Shown: positions 20,101 through 29,420 of the stretch, piece by piece
Position numbering within the stretch: position 1 is the first letter of the stretch
How the letters are laid out: each line of letters opens with the position of its first letter
Origin: a virus
Reading direction: 5' to 3' (one strand)
Virus record (IMG/VR): IMGVR_UViG_3300022939_000016
Location: 14,730 to 78,729 of that record
Length of the DNA: 64,000 nucleotides
The notes under the pieces: model-generated
What the model was told of the DNA's origin: nothing
The model's input: the letters and a program-made list of their open reading frames with translations, nothing else
The model's database searches: none
Program-made: the position numbers and the translations under genes

Positions 20101-21160
20101 GAAATTTAATACTGCCGCATATCCATCTTATTTTACTGACAACGACACTCTGGGAACAGTCACTGCTGTATCTATTTCTAGGAAAATAGATTTAGATAAT
20201 TATGGCTCCAGTTTGACTTTTTATAATCCAGATAGGCTATTTTCAGTACCTCCCTGTGTAAAGCCAGACCTAGCAGTTTTACCTCTAGAAAATCAACAGT
20301 CTTGTTACGGACCTTGGTATAGCGGGCCTGTTAAATTTAAAAATCTTCAAGGCCAAGATGAATATAAGTTATTAAAGAACATTGGTGGAAAAGTAGACAT
20401 TCAAACAGACGGAAGCTTGGCCCCTTGGAATTTTGGCTCTTATGGTTTAATGAACATAGCCGCTAATAGTAGAGTTTCTTTAGCTGGAACTTTATACCTT
20501 GCTTCAGAAAAAGGCTCTGTAAGCTATCCCGGTATGCCTAATGGCAATATTGATATTGGCAACCTGATATCCACAGGTGGCCCAATTTTAGATAGTATTT
20601 CTCTAGACGTTGGGATAGACGGAGTGAGGTGTTCTTACAGATTTCAAACCTACAGTAGAAGCATGGCTCACGTTCAAAGGCAGCAGCAAAAACAAATAGA
20701 TATAGTAAAAAATCAATATCTTAAAAATAGTGCGGCCCAGTTTGATTTGTTCAGCAAGAGTTTAATTAAAAACAAGTTCAAAGGAGCGCCCCCTCCCGCT
20801 CAAGTATTAAAACCTTATGTATCTGCCATAGACCCCAATTACACAAGCCCGGGAACAAATAATTTATCTATATCTAGTGTGTCGTCAGTTGGCCAAGAAA
20901 CCGCCTTTCAGTCTTCTGTTGCTTCCTCAGAATCTATGCAAGAAGTCTTGGAGCAGGACAACGACACATTATCTCAGTATAGAGACAGATATAATTCTGC
21001 TTTAGAAAATTTATCTGACCAAAAAATTGCCGTCTCTCGACAGCACCACCACTTGTTGCCTTCAATGAGGGCGGCTGATCTTGAGCAGCTAGAAACCCTC
21101 TATGACAGCCCCCTTGATCCATTCAATAGAGATGAACACCACATAACATACTGGAGTTAA
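17180..21160 (+). CDS. Large tail/baseplate hub-like protein
   Basis: 1326 aa, downstream of the tape measure. Beta-rich N-terminus with helical insertions; the hub role is inferred from position only. Confidence 0.45.
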   Translation: MSTNSTDSVVKDWTGPLDNSLATREEVRSTGGFFPEQQTFLGATIKSFSAQAGGGSSPTTLNVELIVDPNGTNPTIDDPSKSKGVYDPYHTGTDAFSPPGVGMPVFFVYSNPRATIRDAFEGNSTGSVLKFGGLLQSFHSTSSISGHSYSVTVVDPREILSNIYLILNHSDDKVGEVENNVYNVFGFLEYNPTLSTRSIFKSYTKNIASRGTNGLAGDDMYYSGAAVGDSYFSNPGYQNKFPVTGTAMSRRSSSGIPYYRIMQALAAMNSTLPNSEYSGFSGGIYYRGLSYYISFHNLPALDPLYFFDQDNIDLLAFVMEIAESCGYEIDVSLSPYFGNDTGVGGTISINFIDRSNESAVGQINSFINNTGNFPVHTSDDGNTYSLLEKTDIGYELTNPTTSKVLFGANRVDLYAFTSSHDGGAYHGGGGAGNLDQIIPFYGTLSGNVVVPVKGSGPWKQILLDSSGVGAFGVGNYYVATETELRYALKGFKAWKNFLEFYNARFLEVVNKNPKYSETLIGNGISVQDDENGDHIKGLKAPRCLFTNDAGYGAGGMLLNPCCPPFGYPLYYNRAVALGLTVKKVFDERASVVADLRVLSSLEGSSNPAGVAQVVNALLEKYKQLRKVRKLSQAENDAVKIISSQGAGVDSSYLDSIISSMSGQMVIVKKNVETRKENAQKVFNFVKSVAEECYGKKWLVRLPPKPNYKFGVPKLSADKKTYESGPFGFYPIGNGDLSAAANNGSFVEASNNPVFTAAQSQFKSGFISTYNPIDDSLNYNYIPDSAGGFVSLDVYNLGVTSALMPANLQGFGANHRIKAYVRYDYAENLNVSSANSRVYTEPVGDRIIPQTDPNNSAQMIAFIPAELDTQVYYLPVTHTRSVMQCNGKRPVTYHMPLPVNLDASGNVPDGAGQLKTNIQYEPLFSGSNVNISDFPRSNNGQIIPYPNLDYAYALITIGSVVSPKRDSLADIPKKQKFNTAAYPSYFTDNDTLGTVTAVSISRKIDLDNYGSSLTFYNPDRLFSVPPCVKPDLAVLPLENQQSCYGPWYSGPVKFKNLQGQDEYKLLKNIGGKVDIQTDGSLAPWNFGSYGLMNIAANSRVSLAGTLYLASEKGSVSYPGMPNGNIDIGNLISTGGPILDSISLDVGIDGVRCSYRFQTYSRSMAHVQRQQQKQIDIVKNQYLKNSAAQFDLFSKSLIKNKFKGAPPPAQVLKPYVSAIDPNYTSPGTNNLSISSVSSVGQETAFQSSVASSESMQEVLEQDNDTLSQYRDRYNSALENLSDQKIAVSRQHHHLLPSMRAADLEQLETLYDSPLDPFNRDEHHITYWS

Positions 21161-21162
21161 AC

Positions 21163-24100
21163 ATGGGACTTAGTTCTGGGAACGCCTACTCTTCTTCAAC
21201 CGAATTTCATTCTTTTGTTACTAATGACCCCAAGATGGTAGCCGTAGGTCTCGGGTCATTTACAAGAGATAGCTTAAATAAGGCTCTAGTAGAACTCAAA
21301 AGTTTTGAAGACGAAATAGGAGACGAAGATTTTTTTAATGATATTAAATCGGCCAACGGCAGCAACGGTCTTCAAATTCTATTCAACACGATTAATTCGG
21401 GATCTTGGGAAGGGGGAGGGGGTTCAAAATCATCTAATGATATTATTGGATTAATTTCTACCTTTGAATCAACTATTGAAGGTTTAATTGTAGAAAATAG
21501 TAACGATAAATCAGCTTCTGTTAGTAAAGTTAAGGGCGCAAAAAAGTGGCTAGAAGCGAATATAAGCCCAGTTAAAGAAACGTCTAGTAGGTGTTATACT
21601 TTAATGGGTGGACTTTTTAGCAAAAATGATCCATCTGTTTATACCAACTTGTATTTTCACATACCCGGAGAAGGGGTTGATAGGCAAGAAAGAGTAACTG
21701 CACAAAAAGGTTCTCAAATTATTTCAGACGTTGCGGTTTCTGCCACCGGACTCAAGTATTCTAAATCAAAAACAGAAGCAGCAAGATCTTCGCTACATGC
21801 TGGAGTTTACGTCAGGCCAGACGACATGTCTGGAAATTCTATTAATGATTTAGCCACTGGTAAAATCAGGCTTTCTTACAACGACTCTCTAGGATCTTGG
21901 GAATCGACCCAAACCATTTTAGCCAGACTTATAACCCCCGTTGCTGCTGCTGGCAACACCGCTTTCCAAATGCCAGACGAAGACAGCGACGGCTTTTTGC
22001 AAAATGACGCAGACGGAGACTTATTTTACTCTAGAGGGTCTGAATACTATACAGGCAATTTTTCTTCAGGATTGGCTGTTCCAGTTTCGGCGCAGGATGG
22101 AAATCCAAATTTATTCGGTCCTAATATTATTATTGAATATAATGCGAAGAGAATAGAAAAAATTAGAGTTATTAATAGGTCGGAAAAATCATTTACTGCT
22201 GGAACTCTTGTTATGTGTACCCTAATAGGTTCAGAATGGATCATTCAAGAGTTCAGTATTGCTGGTGAAGGCCTTCCCACAAAAATGGGCGCTTGGACAT
22301 TTTCAAAATTAATTGCTAATTCAGATGCTTTTTTTAGAGACGCTGGCATGTCTAATGAAATGTGGAGTGCTGGGAAATATGAGTATAAGGCTAGACAGAA
22401 TTGGTATTTCTCATGGAAGAACAGTATTGCCGGGGGTAGCTCTTCCATGCTTCCGTTTCATGATGCTACGGAAATAATGTCCTTAAACGATGGATCTAAT
22501 GTCGCCTTCAATCCTAGTCTTGGGTATTTTGCAGCATCTTCTTTTGATAGCGCTAAATATATTCAGTATACAAATGTTACTACCGCTATGGCCGCATTTA
22601 CCACTGACGCTCTTATGGGATCGCATTTAAAAAATTGGTGGGGGCCAAGTTTTCCAGATGGCTATCAGGCTTCATTGGCCACTGGAGTTAATGATTCTGG
22701 ACCGGCTGGTATCAATAGTAGCCTTTATTTTCCCGGATATAGTTTCAATGGACCCAGAGAAGATACTCCAGCAGATATGGCTGTCAATGGCTATTATAGT
22801 GATGATAATAGTAGTTCTCCAATATTACCCTTGGATTATTGGCAATCTCTTTTAAATGGCAATACTCTGTATTCAGCTGCTTCACAATATAGGAGTGAAA
22901 TATATAATTCTCAAACCGTTATGCAAAGCAGAGGCCTCACACCCGCAAATCCAAATCATATACAATTTTCTCCCCTTCAAGCAGAAATGGTTATACAATC
23001 TGACCCTTTAGTTTCAAGCTTGCCTGATGGGGCAGAAAGAAAAGATATACAAGAACGAATGAATGGAGCAGAAGGCGCAAATGGTGATTCTCATATGTTT
23101 GGCAATATGTTTAGTCGTTTTAGCAGCTTGAACGTGGGGTCTTACCTACCTTACGACCACCACATTAAATCGACTCCTCTTAGCAAACCCCTTGGGACAT
23201 TATTATTATACAATGACGACGACATAGAAAAAGAAGGATTAAATTTAGTGGGGATTACAGCTGCTATTAATAGATTTACTAGGCCCGGAGGCGGCACTGT
23301 CAACATGGAGGTTTACGAAGACTTTGGACCGCCCATGTTTCAGAGCGCTCTTCCGGGGCAAGCTCCTCAATTTAGCACTGTGGCTGCCTTTTTTGGCGTT
23401 GTAGCATTTACCCCCGGGACTGCTCCTCGCAGCATTGGGTGGAACCAATATGGAAGCCCTATTGGTGGTCATAACTATTTTGGAACAACCGCCTTACACT
23501 GTAGGGTTTTTGACGCTTGGCCCAGAGAAGACACCATATGGGATACAAGATACTTTGCAGCTCTACATTTTAATTCTAGTGGCCCAGAAGTAGACTTTCC
23601 TGTTCCCACCCTTAGTGATGGGTCTTTCCCATCCGTAGGCTCCTCGGTGACGCACGAAAGTGGATTTAAAGCAACATCTGACTGGACCAAAGATCCCATA
23701 AGAAGAGGAATGTTATTAACATCTGGTGGTTTTGCGTACAAAAAATTAACCATTGGATTGTCGCCCTCTAGCATGAAAGTCATAAAGGGTCCAATTTCTG
23801 CGGGTAATTTTTTAGATAAACGGGGAAATATCGAAATGACCTTTGATTCTTCTGGAGGCGTTAGCTTTGGGTCTGACGAATTCGGTAATACTCTATCGGG
23901 AGAAGACCTAAATCCCGGATCTTTTGGGGATAGGTACTACGACGACTCTGACCCAAACAATATCATAGACGAGACTGGCTATATCGTAAAGCTAGATGGG
24001 GGAGGCGTTGTTTCCTTCCAAGGACAAGTAAGGTATATTACTAAGCTAGATACAGGGCCAAAAGAGCATGGTGGAATTAAGCGCCTTACAAGCGGAACTG

Positions 24101-24282
24101 GAGACGAGGCCGGAAGAATTACAGGAAATAAAAGTACTGAATTTGGTTTAGATCCCAATGATTCTGGACAATATGATGCCTATTTCTTCTTTCATAATGA
24201 TATTAGCCACACTTTTCAGTTTCAATATGGAAGAACTCAATACCCCGGATATGCTCAGTATGTTACGTTAAATATTAGTTAA
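21163..24282 (+). CDS. Large virion structural protein, unknown family
   Basis: 1039-aa Gly/Ser-rich ORF with GGAG SD, in the structural operon. Confidence 0.5.
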   Translation: MGLSSGNAYSSSTEFHSFVTNDPKMVAVGLGSFTRDSLNKALVELKSFEDEIGDEDFFNDIKSANGSNGLQILFNTINSGSWEGGGGSKSSNDIIGLISTFESTIEGLIVENSNDKSASVSKVKGAKKWLEANISPVKETSSRCYTLMGGLFSKNDPSVYTNLYFHIPGEGVDRQERVTAQKGSQIISDVAVSATGLKYSKSKTEAARSSLHAGVYVRPDDMSGNSINDLATGKIRLSYNDSLGSWESTQTILARLITPVAAAGNTAFQMPDEDSDGFLQNDADGDLFYSRGSEYYTGNFSSGLAVPVSAQDGNPNLFGPNIIIEYNAKRIEKIRVINRSEKSFTAGTLVMCTLIGSEWIIQEFSIAGEGLPTKMGAWTFSKLIANSDAFFRDAGMSNEMWSAGKYEYKARQNWYFSWKNSIAGGSSSMLPFHDATEIMSLNDGSNVAFNPSLGYFAASSFDSAKYIQYTNVTTAMAAFTTDALMGSHLKNWWGPSFPDGYQASLATGVNDSGPAGINSSLYFPGYSFNGPREDTPADMAVNGYYSDDNSSSPILPLDYWQSLLNGNTLYSAASQYRSEIYNSQTVMQSRGLTPANPNHIQFSPLQAEMVIQSDPLVSSLPDGAERKDIQERMNGAEGANGDSHMFGNMFSRFSSLNVGSYLPYDHHIKSTPLSKPLGTLLLYNDDDIEKEGLNLVGITAAINRFTRPGGGTVNMEVYEDFGPPMFQSALPGQAPQFSTVAAFFGVVAFTPGTAPRSIGWNQYGSPIGGHNYFGTTALHCRVFDAWPREDTIWDTRYFAALHFNSSGPEVDFPVPTLSDGSFPSVGSSVTHESGFKATSDWTKDPIRRGMLLTSGGFAYKKLTIGLSPSSMKVIKGPISAGNFLDKRGNIEMTFDSSGGVSFGSDEFGNTLSGEDLNPGSFGDRYYDDSDPNNIIDETGYIVKLDGGGVVSFQGQVRYITKLDTGPKEHGGIKRLTSGTGDEAGRITGNKSTEFGLDPNDSGQYDAYFFFHNDISHTFQFQYGRTQYPGYAQYVTLNIS

Positions 24283-24295
24283 AAACACAAAAAAA

Positions 24296-24308
24296 GTGTA
24301 TCTATAAT
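24296..24308 (+). promoter_or_regulatory. Putative promoter GTGTATCTATAAT
   Basis: Intergenic; GTGTAT core plus TATAAT, about 25 nt before the ATG at 24334, which has an AAGGAG SD. Confidence 0.5.
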
Positions 24309-24333
24309 TAGTTATAAATCTAAGGAGTTTTAT

Positions 24334-25077
24334 ATGCCTGCTTCACTTCAATTTTATGCCAATATTGGCGACCCAGACTCAACCGAGACGGTGATTGATC
24401 ACCAAAACGGAGAAGGTTTAGGCTTTTATGGCTTAGGCTTTGGCTTGTCTGTTCCTGTTGGATCTGTTCAAAATACCACTTTTGTTACTAATGCCGCTGG
24501 CACTATTGCGGGAGTTCAATGCAATAACACATCTATGATTTCGGTGGGAGATGCAAACACCGCCGGGGTTGTTGAAGCTAATGGCGTTAGTATGCCCTTA
24601 CCAAATCTACCCAATTATTTATGCCCCCTTAATATTAGATTTACAAATGACGATCCGGTTAGGGTTCAAAATTGTAAACTACGTATTTTTGATAGAGATA
24701 ACCCCGAAAATGCCGCGAGTGGAGTAACCACATATGTTTATGAATCTCGACACCCAGCGGCTGAAACTAGCTATTCTAACCTTCATTTTCGCGCACGTAA
24801 CAGAGATACTTGGGTTGAGTTTGGTCAAGGCATCAGCAGCATTGACGACCAAACTTTCAATGGTGCTTTAGAAATGACTTTTACACCTTCTCCCGGAATG
24901 CATGGGGAAAACTCTGATTCCTTGGAGACTGATAGTGGCCTTGGATATCAAACTACAGAAGGCGTGGAACACCTTTCTACCCAGCATGACTGGTATGTTG
25001 CCATAAGTGCTGAACCAACCAGTATTGGCAGTAAAACCCAGTATGGATTATTTTTTACTCTAGAGTATTTAGCTTAA
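24334..25077 (+). CDS. Virion structural protein, unknown family
   Basis: 247 aa, strong AAGGAG SD, beta-rich acidic composition. Confidence 0.55.
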   Translation: MPASLQFYANIGDPDSTETVIDHQNGEGLGFYGLGFGLSVPVGSVQNTTFVTNAAGTIAGVQCNNTSMISVGDANTAGVVEANGVSMPLPNLPNYLCPLNIRFTNDDPVRVQNCKLRIFDRDNPENAASGVTTYVYESRHPAAETSYSNLHFRARNRDTWVEFGQGISSIDDQTFNGALEMTFTPSPGMHGENSDSLETDSGLGYQTTEGVEHLSTQHDWYVAISAEPTSIGSKTQYGLFFTLEYLA

Positions 25078-25102
25078 CAATCTACAAACAAGGAGATCCT
25101 TT

Positions 25103-25423
25103 ATGTCAGCCTCAAATTTAAGTGATATTACAGATGTTTTTGTTGGCGCATCTGACGACGGAGCCAACGTCACCATTCCAATTTCAAGTTTAGAAAGTTA
25201 CTCGACCGGCAATGATGGCAAAGAGCTTTGCATGAGCCTTCTTTTGGCCGTTAACAAAGCTATAGCTGGCTCAGATCTGACAAAAATGACTACATCTACA
25301 GGTCAAGTTGCGACAGACGCTGACACTTTAACTAAAACTTTTAACTTTTCGGCCCAGCTTGCTTATAGTTTTGGCAATTTGGATATCGAAGCAGAACCAA
25401 CCACTACCACGCCCGCTCCGTAA
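25103..25423 (+). CDS. Small virion protein with C-terminal TTTTPAP tail
   Basis: 106 aa, AAGGAG SD; last gene before the terminator; ends EPTTTTPAP. Confidence 0.6.
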   Translation: MSASNLSDITDVFVGASDDGANVTIPISSLESYSTGNDGKELCMSLLLAVNKAIAGSDLTKMTTSTGQVATDADTLTKTFNFSAQLAYSFGNLDIEAEPTTTTPAP

Positions 25424-25448
25424 CGGTAGATTCTGTGATTTAATCAAT

Positions 25449-25494
25449 AAAAAAAGGCTACCCCAACCAATTGGAAGGGGCAGCCTTCTTTTTT
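25449..25494. terminator. Bidirectional intrinsic terminator
   Basis: A-run, AAGGCTACCCC-aa-CCAATTGG-aa-GGGGCAGCCTT, then a T-rich run; sits exactly between the convergent + and - gene blocks. Confidence 0.85.
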
Positions 25495-25507
25495 AGCCTG
25501 TGATCTT

Positions 25508-25840
25508 TTATTCCATTTGCTTTGACTTTGCGTTCCACTTCATCCATCCACCATCTGGAAGCCAAGTGTCACCATCTTTACGTCGTGGAAACAATCCACC
25601 GCCCTTTTTATGCGCCCCAAAGCCAAGCTTTGCTCCACAAGAACTGCACTTCAATTCATAATACTGATTGTCGTCAACCGTTCTTACAACGTACTGAATA
25701 TCTTCTCCTTTGCACTTTCCGCAGACATCATTTTCAAAGACTTCTTGGAACTTATTTAGTTCCGCGAACAGTTCTCGCTGTGATTCTGCTTCAATTTCTA
25801 CTTGTAGCCTATTGTTTTTAGTTGTATAAGATAGTCTCAT
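25508..25840 (-). CDS. Zinc-ribbon protein
   Basis: 110 aa with CGKC...CSSC; start abuts the stop of the annealing-protein gene. Confidence 0.6.
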   Translation of the reverse strand: MRLSYTTKNNRLQVEIEAESQRELFAELNKFQEVFENDVCGKCKGEDIQYVVRTVDDNQYYELKCSSCGAKLGFGAHKKGGGLFPRRKDGDTWLPDGGWMKWNAKSKQME

Positions 25841-26602
25841 TTATGATCTCCACTCTTCGTTATAGCCAACAATACTTTCCGGTATTGAACCCTTGTCACG
25901 TTGATATTCATTAAGACGATCAATGATATCGCTAGCGACCTTTTTAGAAACCTTGCGGTTTTGATCTACATTAAATACTTCCTTTAACAAACGTCCTCCG
26001 TCCACGTTTAGTTGCTTGCACTTAATATCTATGAAGTTAGACTGTGCATCGCTCATTCTGCCCTGATCGTCGTAGTCTCCACTAGTGCTATTTGTCTGCT
26101 TGGAAATATCACGAACAATTTTGGCAGTATCTTTCTTGGTTAATTCTTCTGCTGCTACACCCTTTATTTTGAGGGCTTTACGTAAAGCTCTAGCCTCCGC
26201 TCTGGTGCTAGCAATGGCAACGGCGTAGGCACAGAACATATCATCAGTGTTGCCCTCCCAAGCGTCAGCAACCTCAGAATATTCAGAACCATTGGCAAAT
26301 CTCACAGTAAATACCACAGTTGCCCTACCGTGATGGTCATCTCTAGTCACTGGAAATACTTGGGTTGGGCCACTATACATAATTTGCCCCAAAACAAGCT
26401 CAGAGACCCTTCTAAGGCCTGTTACTAAGGGATGACCATTCATAAGCTCATCTTCCTCAAATAGGCTCATAGCGTAATCGTGCCACTCTGAGGATAGCAT
26501 ATCTGGAGCATCATTTAAAACAACATTTTTTACTGACGTATCGGTGTTTGACGGTGTACTCAATTCTTCAACTCCTTCAAATAAGTCTTGTTCAACAAAC
26601 AT
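25841..26602 (-). CDS. Rad52/Sak-like single-strand annealing protein (putative)
   Basis: ATVVFTVRF...SEVADA...AIASTRAEARALRKALKI resembles the Rad52/22-type core helix; AGGAGG SD. Confidence 0.55.
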   Translation of the reverse strand: MFVEQDLFEGVEELSTPSNTDTSVKNVVLNDAPDMLSSEWHDYAMSLFEEDELMNGHPLVTGLRRVSELVLGQIMYSGPTQVFPVTRDDHHGRATVVFTVRFANGSEYSEVADAWEGNTDDMFCAYAVAIASTRAEARALRKALKIKGVAAEELTKKDTAKIVRDISKQTNSTSGDYDDQGRMSDAQSNFIDIKCKQLNVDGGRLLKEVFNVDQNRKVSKKVASDIIDRLNEYQRDKGSIPESIVGYNEEWRS

Positions 26603-26614
26603 TTAAACCTCCTT

Positions 26615-27382
26615 TTATGCTTCAATTTCAATATATCTCTTACTTTTGGGTGGAAATTTAATCTCAATATTCTCTAAAATTCCAGCAACTTTGTTCTTCA
26701 GATCTTCTTTTTCGGTCAGCGATAAAGAGTCTGACATATGCTTGACTCTAATGATAACAAAGCCTTTGCTCAAAATCAAGCCCGTTTTATTGCTGTCTGC
26801 CTTAATTTGCTTTTGCAGCTTTTCTTCTCCCCATATTGGAACAAAGTGAGAAGGCCCATCTATCTCTATGATAGCCTTAATCTTTGGGAAAAACATGTCG
26901 ATCTCAAGATTTTGATTAGGTATAAGATTCTTTTTGTGAATTTCTACAGTATGCCCCAGCTTTGTAAATTCGTTTTTCAAAAATTTTTCCAGCTTAGAGC
27001 CTTCCTTTCCGGCGTTCTGTATAGCTTTAATGGCCAGTCTTCTCATGTTTTCTTTTTCTTCCTGTGGCATATTCTTCCATCTATTTTTAGCTTTCTGCAC
27101 ATGGGAATCATATTTATCCTTTGCCATTTTTTTCCATTGATTTTTTTGCGACTTGCTTATTTTTAATCTTTCTTCTTTGCTTCTCTTTCTTCCTTCCGTG
27201 GGTATTTTTGCTTTACCTGTTTCCAGTGCATTTCTTTGCGCCTCGCTTTTACTTTTAAGATTCACTTTATTCTTGATCAGTATCCTTCTTATTTTATTTG
27301 GATAGGTATTCATAATGTCCGCTATTTCATATGTGCTTTTGTTTTCTTTTTCATATAATTTTACTACTTGGATTTCGTTCAT
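26615..27382 (-). CDS. Free-standing Vsr/DUF559-like endonuclease with HTH and NUMOD3-like DNA-binding repeats (homing-endonuclease-like)
   Basis: N-terminal HTH (STYEIADIMNTYPNKIRRIL), basic GRKRSKEERLKISKS repeat, C-terminal SKLE...EIDMF...IIEIDGPSH...GFVIIRV. Confidence 0.7.
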   Translation of the reverse strand: MNEIQVVKLYEKENKSTYEIADIMNTYPNKIRRILIKNKVNLKSKSEAQRNALETGKAKIPTEGRKRSKEERLKISKSQKNQWKKMAKDKYDSHVQKAKNRWKNMPQEEKENMRRLAIKAIQNAGKEGSKLEKFLKNEFTKLGHTVEIHKKNLIPNQNLEIDMFFPKIKAIIEIDGPSHFVPIWGEEKLQKQIKADSNKTGLILSKGFVIIRVKHMSDSLSLTEKEDLKNKVAGILENIEIKFPPKSKRYIEIEA

Positions 27383-27816
27383 GTCAAACCTCTTACTAAA
27401 TTTTCCACACCATCAAAAACTTTGATTTTCACATTATTCCCAATGATTCTTTTTATCCTTTCTTCTATTTCCCCACTTTGTGCTAATATTGTAAAGTCGT
27501 CATTGATGCTCATGAGAAAAACTGGATCTATGTGATTTTCTGTTGTTGGCACATAATACGATTTTATTTCAGATGTTTTATTTGCAATTCTTTTAATCAT
27601 CTTGAGTGATGTATTTAAAACAATTCCACAAAACCCCCACAACTGCTCTATGTTTAAAACGGATGTCTTAAAATCAAAAGACACGGGGCCGGATGTGTCA
27701 TAGAATACAACGGGGTTCTTATCTGTTTTTTCTTGAAGATAATCGCACACTTGTTTCGCTAGCAATCTTTGTGATTCAGATTGCATGTCTACACATATTC
27801 CAATATTTTTATTCAT
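27379..27816 (-). CDS. Hypothetical protein, possibly a detached Rossmann/GT-B-like half
   Basis: ORF track 27379..27846; the likelier start is MNKNIG at 27816 with a GGAG SD. Last gene of the glycosyltransferase cluster. Confidence 0.45.
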   Translation of the reverse strand: MNKNIGICVDMQSESQRLLAKQVCDYLQEKTDKNPVVFYDTSGPVSFDFKTSVLNIEQLWGFCGIVLNTSLKMIKRIANKTSEIKSYYVPTTENHIDPVFLMSINDDFTILAQSGEIEERIKRIIGNNVKIKVFDGVENLVRGLT

Positions 27817-27817
27817 A

Positions 27818-28690
27818 TTATTTCTCCATGCCTTCCAGAAAAACATGCGTTTCTTTTATTTGTGAAAAAATTTGTTTCAGTCTATTTCTTGGCTTATGCC
27901 TGTCTCCTATTTTCAAGCGTACTTTGTCTTCATTATATATCTTTGCTTGATTAAAATCAAACATTGTTTCATCGTCTAGCATCTTTGATAGCGATGACTG
28001 CAAAGCAATAGCCTCTTCTTTATTGTCATTATCAAAATACACCTTGGAGTTTGATAGCATTATTGCGTTAAAAAAACTTTCTGGAATCAAATTGGGTTTA
28101 ATGTTCCTAAAAATAATTTCATGATAATTGTGTAAAATACCAGCCATAGAGAATGGGTTCAAGTTTGAATCTGCCCCAACGTCTTCTGGAGCATTGGAAA
28201 GGAAGTGATAAGAGCCTGAATATTCTTTCTTGTCTTCTTTTTTGTTAATTATTATAGCTTTGTCTATTTTAAAATCTATATCAGACTTTTCAATCTTATC
28301 ATTAGCGCACTGCAAAACATGCTCATAGGGTATTCCGAAATCTTCCTTCTTATGATTTATGTTTGAACTGAATGCCAGCGGGCAATTTATTTCTTTTTGA
28401 TTTAGTATTTCTTTAATTAGTGGAATATGTTTGTCTTCAACTAAGTCTATGTTTATAATGTGCTTAACTTTTTTGGCAGAATTTTGATTGTAGTGTATCA
28501 CGTTTCTCATGTCAGTTCCGATATTCATAATTACAATATCAGGCAATGTTCTGTCATAAACATAATACAAGTTTTCAGTTCCACCATTTACCATTATACA
28601 TTGACAATCCGGTATCTTATTAATTTCTTCGTGTAGATACATTGGCTGAGAAGAGTCTTTTGTGCTATAATTAAATATTACAAAGTTCAC
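27818..28690 (-). CDS. Hypothetical protein, possibly a divergent GT-B-fold protein
   Basis: Likely GTG start at 28690 after an AGGGGG SD. Alpha/beta pattern (PDIVIMN) within the glycosyltransferase cluster. Confidence 0.45.
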   Translation of the reverse strand: MNFVIFNYSTKDSSQPMYLHEEINKIPDCQCIMVNGGTENLYYVYDRTLPDIVIMNIGTDMRNVIHYNQNSAKKVKHIINIDLVEDKHIPLIKEILNQKEINCPLAFSSNINHKKEDFGIPYEHVLQCANDKIEKSDIDFKIDKAIIINKKEDKKEYSGSYHFLSNAPEDVGADSNLNPFSMAGILHNYHEIIFRNIKPNLIPESFFNAIMLSNSKVYFDNDNKEEAIALQSSLSKMLDDETMFDFNQAKIYNEDKVRLKIGDRHKPRNRLKQIFSQIKETHVFLEGMEK

Positions 28691-28703
28691 TTTTATATAC
28701 CCC

Positions 28704-29420
28704 CTAGTGCTTGGCATTGCTTAATTTAGTTATTGATTCGCCGCCTTGGTAAGGTAATATTTTTATCCCCTTTTTAATCATGTGGTTTATTACCTCGTAG
28801 AATATCTTGTTGTTGAAATTACCAGAATTGATGATCTTGTTGAATTCATCATTAATGCTTGATTCTTCCATGTTCAAAACTTCACACCATCCGTCCCCCA
28901 AGCTTCCAAACGACATGTGTTCTATAGTTTTCGTTTCTTTATTTAAATTTACTTTAATGTCTAAGGTTCCGTCGCTAGATGTAACTATATGTTTTTTTTC
29001 TCTCAGCAGACCCTCAAGATCTTTCGGTCTTACTATATAATTACCATTTATTATCAGCGTTCGTTTATTTTTCGTATTATTTATAGCTAATCTAATTGAT
29101 TCACATATTCCAGAATTTTCGTAATTAATGTTTTCTACACACCTGATGTCAACATTCTTGTATTTACTGTATACATACTTCCTAATTCTTTTAGAGTCAT
29201 ATCCTGATGCAATAATTATTTCAAAGTCTTCTATTGCTTGCTGTATAGAATGTATTTGATAATCTATAACTTTCTGGCTGCTGTTTCCGATTGGGATAAA
29301 AGCTGCGTTTCCATAAGATTTCATCTTTGGTATAAAAGAATGATAAACCAGTATTACGGTTATCTTTCTTTTTTTTCTGTTTTTCTTTTTACTTTTTGAT
29401 GTAATGTACTGTATGCTCAT
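28704..29420 (-). CDS. Nucleotidyltransferase (NTP_transferase/LicC-like) fold, catalytic motifs degenerate
   Basis: MKSYG, IDYQI, EIIIASGY and ENINYENSGICESIRLAI match the family, but the LAAGxGxR and PK motifs are replaced. Confidence 0.65.
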   Translation of the reverse strand: MSIQYITSKSKKKNRKKRKITVILVYHSFIPKMKSYGNAAFIPIGNSSQKVIDYQIHSIQQAIEDFEIIIASGYDSKRIRKYVYSKYKNVDIRCVENINYENSGICESIRLAINNTKNKRTLIINGNYIVRPKDLEGLLREKKHIVTSSDGTLDIKVNLNKETKTIEHMSFGSLGDGWCEVLNMEESSINDEFNKIINSGNFNNKIFYEVINHMIKKGIKILPYQGGESITKLSNAKH

